A DNA stretch of 64,000 nt from assembly GCA_963714975.1 (NCBI GenBank), contig CAVQQD010000002.1, forward strand, positions 896,001 through 960,000, in the 5' to 3' direction. The position numbers and the translations under genes were made by a program. The notes beneath the pieces were generated by a model that had not been told where the DNA came from, did not search any database, and saw nothing but the letters and a program-made list of their open reading frames with translations. Source of the DNA: an uncultured Gammaproteobacteria bacterium (GTDB taxonomy: Bacteria > Pseudomonadota > Gammaproteobacteria > JAURND01). This document shows positions 1 through 8,994 of this stretch, piece by piece (within the stretch, counting starts at the first letter, position 1; every line of letters begins with the position of its first letter).

Positions 1-412
1 GTTGGGCAGGGTCAGAACGAATCCAGCGGTCCAGCCAGCTTTCGCTAGCACCCATATTAATTAGGCCTTTCATGTAGTAGGCATAATCTACATCAGGGCT
101 ACGTGGGTATAAGCGAATATAGCGATCTGCTGCAGCTAGCGCAGATTCATTGTCATCCCCTTTTTTATAATAGGCATAGATTAGATCAAGCTGGCCTTGT
201 TGGGAATATTCACCAAAGGGATATAAAGTATCGAGCGCCTCGAAATCTTTGGCAGCAGATTCATAATGCCCAGCCGCAAGCTTATGCTCTGCACTTGTGA
301 AGATTTCTTTAGCTGTAGCGCCCTTATAAGTTTCAAAGGGTTCGGTGGTTTTACATCCTGTTACTAACAGAACAAGGAAAGTAAGAACAATAATGGAGTA
401 AAATCGTATCAC
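1..412 (-). CDS. bamD: Outer membrane protein assembly factor BamD (5' part; runs off window)
   Basis: Manual translation from GTG at 412: MIRFYSIIVLTFLVLLVTGC (lipobox) ... FEALDTLYPFGEYSQQGQLDLIYAYY ... AADRYIRLYPRSPDVDYAYYMKGL. GAGGTG RBS upstream. Near rluD as in other gammaproteobacteria. Confidence 0.93.
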   Translation of the reverse strand, partial: MIRFYSIIVLTFLVLLVTGCKTTEPFETYKGATAKEIFTSAEHKLAAGHYESAAKDFEALDTLYPFGEYSQQGQLDLIYAYYKKGDDNESALAAADRYIRLYPRSPDVDYAYYMKGLINMGASESWLDRWIRSDPAQ

Positions 413-533
413 GTTTTTTTATCACCTCGTGTTTCGAAAAGCCCAAAGGATACCTGGTGTTCTGCCCAATGTAAACGCCTCCCGAAGGTAACTCATCCCT
501 TCTCCACTTGGGAGAAGGGATTCGTGCGGCACC

Positions 534-1622
534 TTAGTTCATCCCACCAACCAAATATTTCACCTCAGAAAAGCCAGCCTCGTGCAATAACACGGCGGCT
601 CGTTGGCTGCGTGGGCCAGCTTGGCAATGGACAATAATGAGTTTGGATTGATCTAATTCACCCAGGCGCTGTGGTAATTCCCCCAAAGGAATTAAATATC
701 CCCCTAGATTAGCCGCTGCATACTCATAAGGTTCACGCACATCCAACAAAACAAAGTCAGCCCGTTGTTTTTGCAACTGACGAAATTCAGCAAGCGAAAT
801 CCCCAACTCAAAATCCTCCCTACCCCCCTTTGGAAAAGGAGCGCAAGCTTGTACATCCTGAACCAGCGTTTCAAAAGGTTGTCGATAAATGCAAAGCCTA
901 CACTCAGGATTACGTGGCAAACTAAATTCCCGAAATTGTAACTTCAGAACATCAATCGTCAATAAGCGACCAATCAGTGAATCCCCAATCCCTAAAATCA
1001 ACTTTAACACTTCGGTGGCTTGCAGAGTCCCTAACAACCCAGGCAGCACTCCCAACACCCCACCTTCAGCGCAATTAGGCATTAAATTCGGGGGAGGCGG
1101 GGAATCGTATAAGCAGCGGTAGCAAGGACCATTGGCGCTAGTAAATACGGAGCATTGGCCCTCGAATTGAAAAATACTCGCATAGACATTCGGCTTTTCT
1201 GCATAAAAACACGCATCGTTTACCAGATAACGCGTAGCAAAATTATCGGACCCGTCGGCAATAATGTCATACTGACGAATCAAGGATAAAGCATTGTTTT
1301 TAGTCAAACGCTCTTCATGCGGGATCACCTGCACTGCAGGGTTTAGCGCGTTAAGTCGCTCTTTAGCTACCCGGACTTTTTTACTGTGCACATCTCCTTC
1401 AGTATACAAAATTTGGCGATGTAAATTACTGAAATCCACAATATCATTATCAACGATACCCAGCGTACCCACACCCGCAGCTGCTAAATAAAGTAACAAC
1501 GGCGAACCCAACCCCCCTGCCCCCACACATAATACCTTGGCTTCTCGCAAGCGTTGTTGCCCCTTCAGGCCAACTTGCGGCAAACTTATCTGTCGACTAT
1601 AACGTGCTAATTCTTCAGTCAT
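534..1622 (-). CDS. moeB: ThiF/MoeB adenylyltransferase with C-terminal rhodanese domain (MoeZ/MoeB-type)
   Basis: RYSRQ, VGAGGLG, SNLHRQ, two CxxC zinc motifs, NCAEGGVLG, C-terminal rhodanese (LLDVREPYE ... HCQAGPRS). Confidence 0.92.
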   Translation of the reverse strand: MTEELARYSRQISLPQVGLKGQQRLREAKVLCVGAGGLGSPLLLYLAAAGVGTLGIVDNDIVDFSNLHRQILYTEGDVHSKKVRVAKERLNALNPAVQVIPHEERLTKNNALSLIRQYDIIADGSDNFATRYLVNDACFYAEKPNVYASIFQFEGQCSVFTSANGPCYRCLYDSPPPPNLMPNCAEGGVLGVLPGLLGTLQATEVLKLILGIGDSLIGRLLTIDVLKLQFREFSLPRNPECRLCIYRQPFETLVQDVQACAPFPKGGREDFELGISLAEFRQLQKQRADFVLLDVREPYEYAAANLGGYLIPLGELPQRLGELDQSKLIIVHCQAGPRSQRAAVLLHEAGFSEVKYLVGGMN

Positions 1623-1625
1623 TAT

Positions 1626-1907
1626 CTAACCACCTGCAATTGCTAAAATAATCGTAATAGTATCCTTTGCTGCCAAAGGAGTCTCTTCCCCCGCTAAGTA
1701 GCGTACATCTTGATTGTTCAGATAAAACAGTATAAAAGAAGAAAGCTGATTATCACTACTAAAAAGATAAGGTTTTAGTGCAGGAAAGGCCTCCACCAAT
1801 AATTGCATCGCACCGCGCAAATTTAGCACTGCAGAAAACGGCACCATAACACTGGCGCGGTTTTCACTCAAGCGTCGCAATACACTAGGGATTTCAATGG
1901 TGATCAT
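1626..1907 (-). CDS. MoaD/ThiS/CysO-family ubiquitin-like sulfur carrier
   Basis: ITIEIPSVLR N-terminus, YLNNQDVRYLAGEETPL, C-terminal AIAGG. Likely start ATG 1907. Directly upstream of moeB. Confidence 0.88.
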   Translation of the reverse strand: MITIEIPSVLRRLSENRASVMVPFSAVLNLRGAMQLLVEAFPALKPYLFSSDNQLSSFILFYLNNQDVRYLAGEETPLAAKDTITIILAIAGG

Positions 1908-2847
1908 AGCTGCGCATTTTACTAAATGCTTTAGGAGATTACTAATCATTTTATTACAGTCCGTTGTTACCGAAAATTTGCAGGGTTTACGTCTGGATCA
2001 AGCTTTAGTGCAATTATTTCCAGAACATTCGCGCGCGCGCTTTCAATCTTGGATCAGCCAAGGCAAGGTCAAAGTGGATGGACAACCCTGGCAGAGCAAA
2101 AAAGACAAAATACGTCTAGGCCAGTCCATTGAAATCACTGCCCCACCAGAAACGGCTGTGAATTGGGAAGCGCAAGCCCTGCCTCTCGATATTATCTACG
2201 AAGATGACAGCTTATTAGTCGTCAATAAACCCGCTGGGCTGGTCGTACACCCCGCTGCCGGCAATCCCGATAATACTTTGGTGAATGCCTTGCTACATTA
2301 CTTGCCCACTAATAATACCCTCCCCCGAGCTGGCATTGTGCATCGCTTAGATAAAGATACCTCGGGTCTGCTGATGGTGGCGCGCACGCTCACTGCCCAT
2401 ACTTCGCTAGTCACTCAACTACAAGCTCGCAGGGTCAAAAGAGAATATCTGGCCTTAGTCCACGGCGTGCTTATCGCTGGTAATACCGTGAATGCACCCA
2501 TTGCGCGCCACCCGCGCCACCGCCTGCAGCAAGCAGTGGTCGAAAATGGCAAGCCGGCTATTACCCATTACCGCGTGATGCAGCGCTTTTCTGCCCATAC
2601 CTTGGTCCGCGTGTTTTTGGAAACTGGGCGTACCCATCAAATCCGCGTTCATATGGCTCATGTGGGCTATCCCTTAGTGGGCGACCCATTGTATGTAGGG
2701 CGAGGGCTCAAAGGCAGCAGCCCCAACTTTAATCGCCAAGCTTTACATGCGCATAAATTATGTTTTCAACATCCCACGGATCAAAAAGAAATGGAGTTTA
2801 CAGCCCCTATCCCTGAGGATTTTTTGCAGTTATTATATGCCCTATGA
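1897..2847 (+). CDS. rluD: 23S rRNA pseudouridine synthase RluD (true start probably ~1945-1948)
   Basis: S4 domain (GLRLDQAL), VNKPAGLVVHP, catalytic HRLDKDTSG, TGRTHQIRVH. Precedes pgeF. Confidence 0.95.
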   Translation: MVIIAAHFTKCFRRLLIILLQSVVTENLQGLRLDQALVQLFPEHSRARFQSWISQGKVKVDGQPWQSKKDKIRLGQSIEITAPPETAVNWEAQALPLDIIYEDDSLLVVNKPAGLVVHPAAGNPDNTLVNALLHYLPTNNTLPRAGIVHRLDKDTSGLLMVARTLTAHTSLVTQLQARRVKREYLALVHGVLIAGNTVNAPIARHPRHRLQQAVVENGKPAITHYRVMQRFSAHTLVRVFLETGRTHQIRVHMAHVGYPLVGDPLYVGRGLKGSSPNFNRQALHAHKLCFQHPTDQKEMEFTAPIPEDFLQLLYAL

Positions 2848-3602
2848 GCATACTCTCCCATTACCTAACCCCTAATTGGCCAGCCCCCGACCACGTGCGC
2901 GCCGTGACCTCATTGCGTTTTAGCGGCCATAGCCAAGGCCCTTTTGACAGCTTCAATCTCAGTACCGCTCAAGGCGATGATCCCGCTGCAGTACAAGCCA
3001 ATCGGCAGCAATTGCGCAAAGAGTTGAATCTTAGCTGCGAACCTGCTTGGCTACATCAAGTCCATAGTAAAGTGGTGGTGGCTGCAGAAACGGTACTTAA
3101 CACAGCCCCTGCAGCGGATGCTTCCATTACTACTGAACCCCAGGTAGCTTGCGCAGTGCTTACTGCTGATTGCCTGCCGATTTTATTGTGTAACACGGCA
3201 GGCAGCCAAGTGGCGGCGATTCATGCTGGCTGGCGGGGTATATTAGCTGGGGTGATTTCTGCTACCCTAGCCCGCTTACACGGAGACCCCAAGCAATGGC
3301 TCGCCTGGCTGGGTCCTGCCATTGGTCCCACTGCCTTTGAAGTGGGTTCCGAGGTGCATCAAGCGTTCCTAGCAAAGGACCCTGCAGCCCACAGCGCTTT
3401 TCAGCCTAAGCCTCAGTCACAAACCAATGATCAATGGTTGGCTAACATTTACTTGCTAGCTCAACATGAGCTACGTCAACAGGGACTGTCCCAAATTTTT
3501 GGCGGCGAATACTGCACTTATTCTGATCCTGAGCGCTTTTTTTCTTATCGACGAGACCAAGGTAACACCGGTCGTATGGTTAGTTTAATTATGAGGACTT
3601 AG
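2844..3602 (+). CDS. pgeF: Peptidoglycan editing factor PgeF (YfiH)
   Basis: LHQVHS, LTADCLP, IHAGWRG, GPAIG, FFSYRR motifs. Overlaps the rluD stop. Confidence 0.95.
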   Translation: MSILSHYLTPNWPAPDHVRAVTSLRFSGHSQGPFDSFNLSTAQGDDPAAVQANRQQLRKELNLSCEPAWLHQVHSKVVVAAETVLNTAPAADASITTEPQVACAVLTADCLPILLCNTAGSQVAAIHAGWRGILAGVISATLARLHGDPKQWLAWLGPAIGPTAFEVGSEVHQAFLAKDPAAHSAFQPKPQSQTNDQWLANIYLLAQHELRQQGLSQIFGGEYCTYSDPERFFSYRRDQGNTGRMVSLIMRT

Positions 3603-3606
3603 AGCA

Positions 3607-5007
3607 ATGAAAATAAAATCCTGGTTCACTGCATTACTATTACTTATCACTTTCGGTTTTATTCCAGTCAGCCTTGCCGATGCGCCCCCCACCATTAATG
3701 GTAAAGTGGTTTCCAGCATCTCGACCATGCTGAGCAATATTATGCCAGGCGTGGTTAATGTCATGGTGATCGGCGAAACCCGTGCTTTAGCGCCACAAAC
3801 TCGCAGCAGGCAAAAACCATTTCGCCCTTCTCCCAATGAAAATGAAGCGGAGCAACAAGCCACCCCTTACTTCCGTCAATTCCAAGAAATGGGTTCAGGC
3901 GTCGTCGTCGATGCCCAAAAAGGTTATGTAGTCACTAATGCTCATGTCGTTGTAGAAGCCAAACTGGTGACGATCACCTTAACCGATGGCCGTCGTTTTA
4001 AAGCGAAGGTCATCGGTATTGATAAGTTATCCGATATTGCGGTATTACAAATTAAGGCCGATAAACTCACTGCCATTCCCTTCGGTAATTCCGATGATCT
4101 GAAAGTGGGCGATTTCGTCGCCGCCATAGGAAACCCCTTTGGCTTGCATGAGACAGTCACTTCTGGAGTTATTAGTGCCTTGCATCGTAGTGATCTAGGC
4201 ATTGAAGGCTATGAAAACTTCATTCAAACCGATGCCTCGATTAATCCCGGTAATTCCGGGGGTGCCTTGGTCAATTTACAAGGGCAATTAATCGGCATTA
4301 ATACCGCGTTGATTGGGCCGATTACCGGTAATGTGGGTATTGGTCTGGCGATTCCCAGCAACATGGTCAAAGAAATCTTTCAGCAGCTCGCCCAATACGG
4401 CAAAGTGCGACGCGGGGTGTTAGGCGTGATGGTGCAAGACCTAACTCCAGCCCTGGCTGATGCCTTTAATATTAGCGGCAAACGCGGCGCTTTAGTGACG
4501 GCTGTTACCCCGGGGCTGCCAGCGCAACGTGCTGGGTTGCAAGCACAAGATGTGATTGAAAGTATTAACGGCACAGAAATCACCAGTGCTGCGCAACTGC
4601 GCAATATGTTGGGGCTATTCTCCATTGGTTCACAGGTCACGATCAAGTTTCATCGTAAGGACAAGCCCATGAGCTTGACTACCAAGATCATGGATCCCAA
4701 GGAAGTAAAACAAGTCACTGAACCAGGCAGTACTTCTCTAATAGATGGCATTCGCCTCACCACCATCGATCAATTCATCCCCGATTTTGGTCCAGTCAAA
4801 GGCGCGGGCGTGGTTGATGTTGACCCAATGAGCAATGCCTGGATTAGCGGTCTAAGACCGGGAGATGTGATCTTAGAAGCGAATGGCCAAGCGGTGACTA
4901 ACATTGATGCCTTGGCCCAAATCGCCAAATCCAATCCACAACGACTGTTACTCAAAGTCGGCCGCGACCGCGGGATTATCTTTCTAGTACTTTATAACTA
5001 TGAATAG
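3607..5007 (+). CDS. DegQ/DegP (Do) family serine endoprotease with two PDZ domains
   Basis: Signal peptide, TNAHV, DIAVL, QTDASINPGNSGG, two PDZ-like regions. Confidence 0.93.
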   Translation: MKIKSWFTALLLLITFGFIPVSLADAPPTINGKVVSSISTMLSNIMPGVVNVMVIGETRALAPQTRSRQKPFRPSPNENEAEQQATPYFRQFQEMGSGVVVDAQKGYVVTNAHVVVEAKLVTITLTDGRRFKAKVIGIDKLSDIAVLQIKADKLTAIPFGNSDDLKVGDFVAAIGNPFGLHETVTSGVISALHRSDLGIEGYENFIQTDASINPGNSGGALVNLQGQLIGINTALIGPITGNVGIGLAIPSNMVKEIFQQLAQYGKVRRGVLGVMVQDLTPALADAFNISGKRGALVTAVTPGLPAQRAGLQAQDVIESINGTEITSAAQLRNMLGLFSIGSQVTIKFHRKDKPMSLTTKIMDPKEVKQVTEPGSTSLIDGIRLTTIDQFIPDFGPVKGAGVVDVDPMSNAWISGLRPGDVILEANGQAVTNIDALAQIAKSNPQRLLLKVGRDRGIIFLVLYNYE

Positions 5008-5012
5008 AGGAA

Positions 5013-5193
5013 GTAACCATTCACCACGATTTTTCCTCTCCCCTTGTGGGAGAGGCCGCCGCGCCGTAAGGCGCGCGGGTGAGGGCTAAGCAACAGTTAG
5101 CAGTTAGCTAATAAAATGCTTCTTGCTGGTGTTTCAAGTTTACCCCTCATCCGCCCTTGCGGGCACCTTCTCCCACAAGGGGAGAAGGATTTT
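5013..5193. repeat. Palindromic REP-like element, family A (TCTCCCCTTGTGGGAGA ... TCTCCCACAAGGGGAGA), left copy
   Basis: ~180-bp near-identical direct repeat of 6553-6735. Long internal inverted repeat. Confidence 0.9.
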
Positions 5194-5232
5194 AAAGATG
5201 GTGAATGATTACGAATTTTGTTGTAATCTTAG

Positions 5233-5262
5233 ATTTCTGTCCCTTTGCAAAGGGACAGAAAT
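5233..5262. promoter_or_regulatory. Perfect 30-bp palindrome overlapping the start of the AAA gene (candidate operator)
   Basis: ATTTCTGTCCCTTTGCAAAGGGACAGAAAT equals its own reverse complement. Confidence 0.6.
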
Positions 5263-6556
5263 GAGCTATTCTATCCCTATGAACAGGGATAACATTCATC
5301 TCATAGAAATTCTGCAAAATTTATCTGTTGAGTTTGAACACAAACTAAGACTTGTTAAAAATAGCGTACCACGCGATTTTGCTTTCCCGGAAGTTCCAGG
5401 CAAAATAAAAGTAGCTATCGGCATTCGTCGCTCAGGAAAAACCTACCTTTGCCTACAAACTGCTAAACGTTATTTAGATGACGGCGTTCCTCTATCACGT
5501 ATTTTGTACCTAAATTTTGAAGATGATCGCTTATTGCCTCTTATCCAAGAAAAACTATCCGGATTGCTAGAAGCTTTTTATACATTACATCCCGAAAACC
5601 ATGAACAGCCCTGCTATTTCTTTCTTGATGAAATACAAAATGTCGAGAATTGGCCTCTAGTAATACGACGGTTTTTTGATACCCGCCTAGTCAATATCTA
5701 TCTCACGGGTTCATCAGCCAAGTTGCTGAGCAAAGAAATTGCCACCTCATTACGGGGACGAACTATCACGCTTGAAGTTTGGCCGTTTAATTTCCACGAG
5801 TATTTAAAGGCACGCAATATTAATATTCCCACACCCTTAGTTGCTAAAAAATCATTTGATACTCTGCGCAGCCCTCTATTAGAGTATTTTGCGGAAGGTG
5901 GTTTTCCAGAAACGATAGGATTAACCTTTGAACATCGCATTCAAATTTTGCAAAATTATGTGGACGTCGTCGTATTTCGGGACATTACCGAGCGCTATGG
6001 CATTAGCAATATTAGCCTAATCAAGTACCTGATTAAGGCATTAATAAACAATGTTGCCACCCGGTTTTCCATTAATAAATATTACAATGATCTGAAAAGC
6101 CAAGGCATTAGCGTCAGTAAAAATACCCTGCATGATTATCTACAGTACATCGAAGATGCCTTTCTGGCGTTTAGCGTACCCATTTATGCAGAATCATTGC
6201 GGAAAATACAAACAACACCCAAAAAGTGCTACCTAGTTGACTCTGGTCTCTATTATGCCTACAGCAACAGTTTTTCTAAGAATTTAGGACGCATTTTTGA
6301 AAACTTCATTTACCTCAATTTGCGTCGAGCTGGGCACGAAATCCAGTATTATCTCACGCAAAGTGGTTTTGAGGTCGACTTCCTAACCCGAAGTTTACGC
6401 GGAGAGCAAAAATTGTACCAAGTCGTGTGGGAAACGGAAGATAGTAGCACTCTCGTGAGAGAAGAGCGGGCTTTAGCCGAAGCGGAGCAAGAACTGGGAA
6501 TTAAAGGAGAAATCATCACCCCCCAGCGGTTTTTAGCCACTCTAAATGATAGGTAA
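5261..6556 (+). CDS. AAA_14/DUF4143 family ATP-binding protein
   Basis: Walker A GIRRSGKT, YLNFEDDRL, Walker B FFLDEIQ, LTGSS, LRGR, GGFPE, KCYLVDSG, EVDF C-terminus. Start at 5261 or 5279. Confidence 0.9.
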   Translation: MSYSIPMNRDNIHLIEILQNLSVEFEHKLRLVKNSVPRDFAFPEVPGKIKVAIGIRRSGKTYLCLQTAKRYLDDGVPLSRILYLNFEDDRLLPLIQEKLSGLLEAFYTLHPENHEQPCYFFLDEIQNVENWPLVIRRFFDTRLVNIYLTGSSAKLLSKEIATSLRGRTITLEVWPFNFHEYLKARNINIPTPLVAKKSFDTLRSPLLEYFAEGGFPETIGLTFEHRIQILQNYVDVVVFRDITERYGISNISLIKYLIKALINNVATRFSINKYYNDLKSQGISVSKNTLHDYLQYIEDAFLAFSVPIYAESLRKIQTTPKKCYLVDSGLYYAYSNSFSKNLGRIFENFIYLNLRRAGHEIQYYLTQSGFEVDFLTRSLRGEQKLYQVVWETEDSSTLVREERALAEAEQELGIKGEIITPQRFLATLNDR

Positions 6557-6735
6557 CTATCCACCACGATTTTGCCGCCTCTCCCCTTGTGGGAGAGGCC
6601 CCGCCGCACCGTAAGGCGCGCGGGTGAGGGGTAAGCAACAGTTAGCATTTAGCTAATAAAATGCTTCTTGCTGGTTTCAAGTTTACCCTCATCCGCCCTT
6701 GCGGGCACCTTCTCCCACAAGGGGAGAAGGATTTT
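6553..6735. repeat. Palindromic REP-like element, family A, right copy
   Basis: Direct repeat of 5013-5193. Contains the TAA stop of the AAA gene. Confidence 0.9.
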
Positions 6736-6793
6736 TACACACAAGGGATTATTCTGTCCCCTACGGGTGTAATTGCTTAAATATTTTCACGCT

Positions 6794-6826
6794 GTTAATA
6801 TTCGCTTAAGGCTAATGCTTTACAAT
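6794..6826 (+). promoter_or_regulatory. PmrA-type box plus -10 element
   Basis: gTTAATATT-cg-cTTAAggct-N7-TACAAT matches the Legionella/Coxiella PmrA element layout. Confidence 0.6.
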
Positions 6827-6928
6827 AAATTCATAAATTTAATTCAATAACTCAAAAAAGTTTGGAATCCAAAATATTGTTTGGATTCTTTATAAGCACT
6901 TAACATAACTGCACTGTCGAGGAATGCT

Positions 6929-8359
6929 ATGGAATCCAAATCTAAATCCGAATCTACATCCGAATTTCCATACAATGATTCTAACATCATATACAATTCA
7001 TCTCCTTCAGTTACTGTATCTCCATTAGTGACGGAAGGCTTGGACCCTAATCTGACTACTGTACCACTCACTCCGAAAGAAGAGGAAGAGGCGGAGGAAG
7101 GGGCGGATGCGCGCAAGCAAGTACTAGAAGCGTTTGCGAGACAGAAGGCAACAGAACTTGTCAGGCAGGCTCCGGCTCAAAATGACCAGGATGAACTCAG
7201 TACTGAAAAAAATTGGTTAACCAAGCTTCGGGAATTCTTGCCAAAATATGACAGCCCAATCACTGCTACCGCACTCGGTGTGGTAAATGCCTTCGCACCT
7301 CCAGTGGGTGCAACTATAACCGCGCGAACTAATGAAAAACGAACAAGCGCTTTAGAAGCTTGGCTATTATGGGGTGTTACAGGAGGTTTTGCAGGAAGAG
7401 CAATACATGAACATCTCTATGAAGTAACCCAGTCCGGTTCCCTAAATTTTTTTGGTGCTGATAATCACAAATTTCTTGATTTTCTACGCGATAACAAGGC
7501 AGCCTCCTGGCTTTCTGATAATCTCCATATTCCCGATCCTCTTCTATGCTACCTTGGTATATTGGGCTTAGTTTTAGCCAGCCGATTTGTAATAGATGAA
7601 TTTTTGGCTCACAAAATAAAGATGGGCAGTAAGACGCGAAATACCACATATGGATTTGTCCATAGCATATTGGGACATGAAGCTACTGACAAAATTCTTT
7701 GTCCGGCGGATGCTCTACGATTGCTGTCTGATCAGGATGATGAGATTCGTTCAGACATTACCTCTACAAGCCGCCATCCTGATGAAGGGCAGGGTAATGC
7801 GGATACTCGTTCAGTCAGAACAGGAGGAAGTGGAGGAACAAACAGGATTGATAGAGTTGGAACAAAGTTGACGTCTCAAGACCGTACACAACGAATTCAA
7901 AGCAAGCTTACCAAAGATGTAGAGGATAACGGTCTGAAAGAAGTATTTGATCCTCACGTTGCCAGCCTAGTTGGCGCGGACCCAAATAATCTGAGCACAG
8001 ATCTTGAGATATTCAGTGCAGCGCTCAGGTTCGCAGATCAGGAAGTTAGGGAGTCACAAAAACAAGATGACATTGAAGAGCATATAGCTAGGGTACAGGC
8101 ATTAATACTCCCAGAAGCAAAAGAAAGACACCAGAAAGATTTAAAAATCTTGGCTGATCAGCAAGTGCAAATAATTATTACCACAGCTCCTACCAAGGAG
8201 ATGCCCGATCAGCAGATTGCCATATTAGCGTACAATAATGCCGTAGCGGCATATTATCATGTAGGACAGTCCACTACTACAGGTCGTCGCTCTACAAGTC
8301 CAGAGACTGATTCTGACGAAGAGTCTACTCAGCATCAGGGAAGGCAAAACGGTTATTAG
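6929..8359 (+). CDS. Hypothetical protein, candidate type IVB secretion effector
   Basis: 476-aa ORF with GAGG RBS, Ser/acidic low-complexity ends, hydrophobic segments, C-terminal ETDSDEES, upstream PmrA-like box. No family recognised. Confidence 0.7.
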   Translation: MESKSKSESTSEFPYNDSNIIYNSSPSVTVSPLVTEGLDPNLTTVPLTPKEEEEAEEGADARKQVLEAFARQKATELVRQAPAQNDQDELSTEKNWLTKLREFLPKYDSPITATALGVVNAFAPPVGATITARTNEKRTSALEAWLLWGVTGGFAGRAIHEHLYEVTQSGSLNFFGADNHKFLDFLRDNKAASWLSDNLHIPDPLLCYLGILGLVLASRFVIDEFLAHKIKMGSKTRNTTYGFVHSILGHEATDKILCPADALRLLSDQDDEIRSDITSTSRHPDEGQGNADTRSVRTGGSGGTNRIDRVGTKLTSQDRTQRIQSKLTKDVEDNGLKEVFDPHVASLVGADPNNLSTDLEIFSAALRFADQEVRESQKQDDIEEHIARVQALILPEAKERHQKDLKILADQQVQIIITTAPTKEMPDQQIAILAYNNAVAAYYHVGQSTTTGRRSTSPETDSDEESTQHQGRQNGY

Positions 8360-8373
8360 TATTCTCATTTTTT

Positions 8374-8410
8374 TAAATCCCCCCTTAATCCCCCTTTTTC
8401 AAAGGGGGAA
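8374..8410. repeat. REP-like element, family B (AAATCCCCC..TCCCCCTTTTTCAAAGGGGGA)
   Basis: Similar copies at 811-840, 9533-9567, 9596-9622 and 11079-11112. Confidence 0.8.
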
Positions 8411-8832
8411 ATTATTTTTGCCTATATATAAGCCATCCTTAATAAAAAGTTTGCTTTTCACAAAAATTCGATGAATAATACTCGGTAACCGTGGGCAGTG
8501 CCCACGGCCGCGCCACACAGATGTTCTAACCATCCGTGAGGCACTTACAGCAACGAACCTAAAGAGAGGTCCGCCGTGTCAAATCAAGCTTACTCGATTA
8601 CGCGTTCTCGTAAAACTCTTTTCTGTGTGCTAATCACTTTTTTTCACCTACATTGCGTTGGGCGGATATTTTGCGCCTGGGGCAACAAATCCTTTCCGAA
8701 TGATTTTCCTCGAATGTCACAGCGGTGTTGCTGGCATAAGGTTGGGATTTGCCGTGGGTTTTTTAGTGGCTGGTATGCAGGGCAAGAGGAGGTAGGCTGG
8801 TAGCAGAGGAAATAGGTAGGGCGAACGAGTAG

Positions 8833-8906
8833 GTCATCCCGAGGAGCTTGCGACGAGGGATCTCTGTGCCAGTTGCAGGAGATCCCTCGCCGTTGCTCGG
8901 GATGAC
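8833..8906. repeat. REP-like element, family C (GTCATCCCGAG ... GAGATCCCTCG ... CTCGGGATGAC)
   Basis: Nested inverted repeat. Related copies at 29420-29447 and 63678-63795. Confidence 0.8.
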
Positions 8907-8994
8907 CGTGCCTGTCCGCCCTCACCTATAAAATCCTCTGCTGCCGCTTCCTTGATTCGTTGTTCGTTTCTTCTATAAATCCAGGAGCATACTC

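Noticed and set aside
5013-6735. Integron attC cassettes
   Set aside because: No intI in the window, and the repeats look like REP-type palindromes rather than RYYYAAC...GTTRRRY attC sites.
8576-8925. Small ORFs 8576-8803 and 8644-8925
   Set aside because: No recognisable family. The second runs through a family C repeat. The first has a possible RBS but nothing else to support it.
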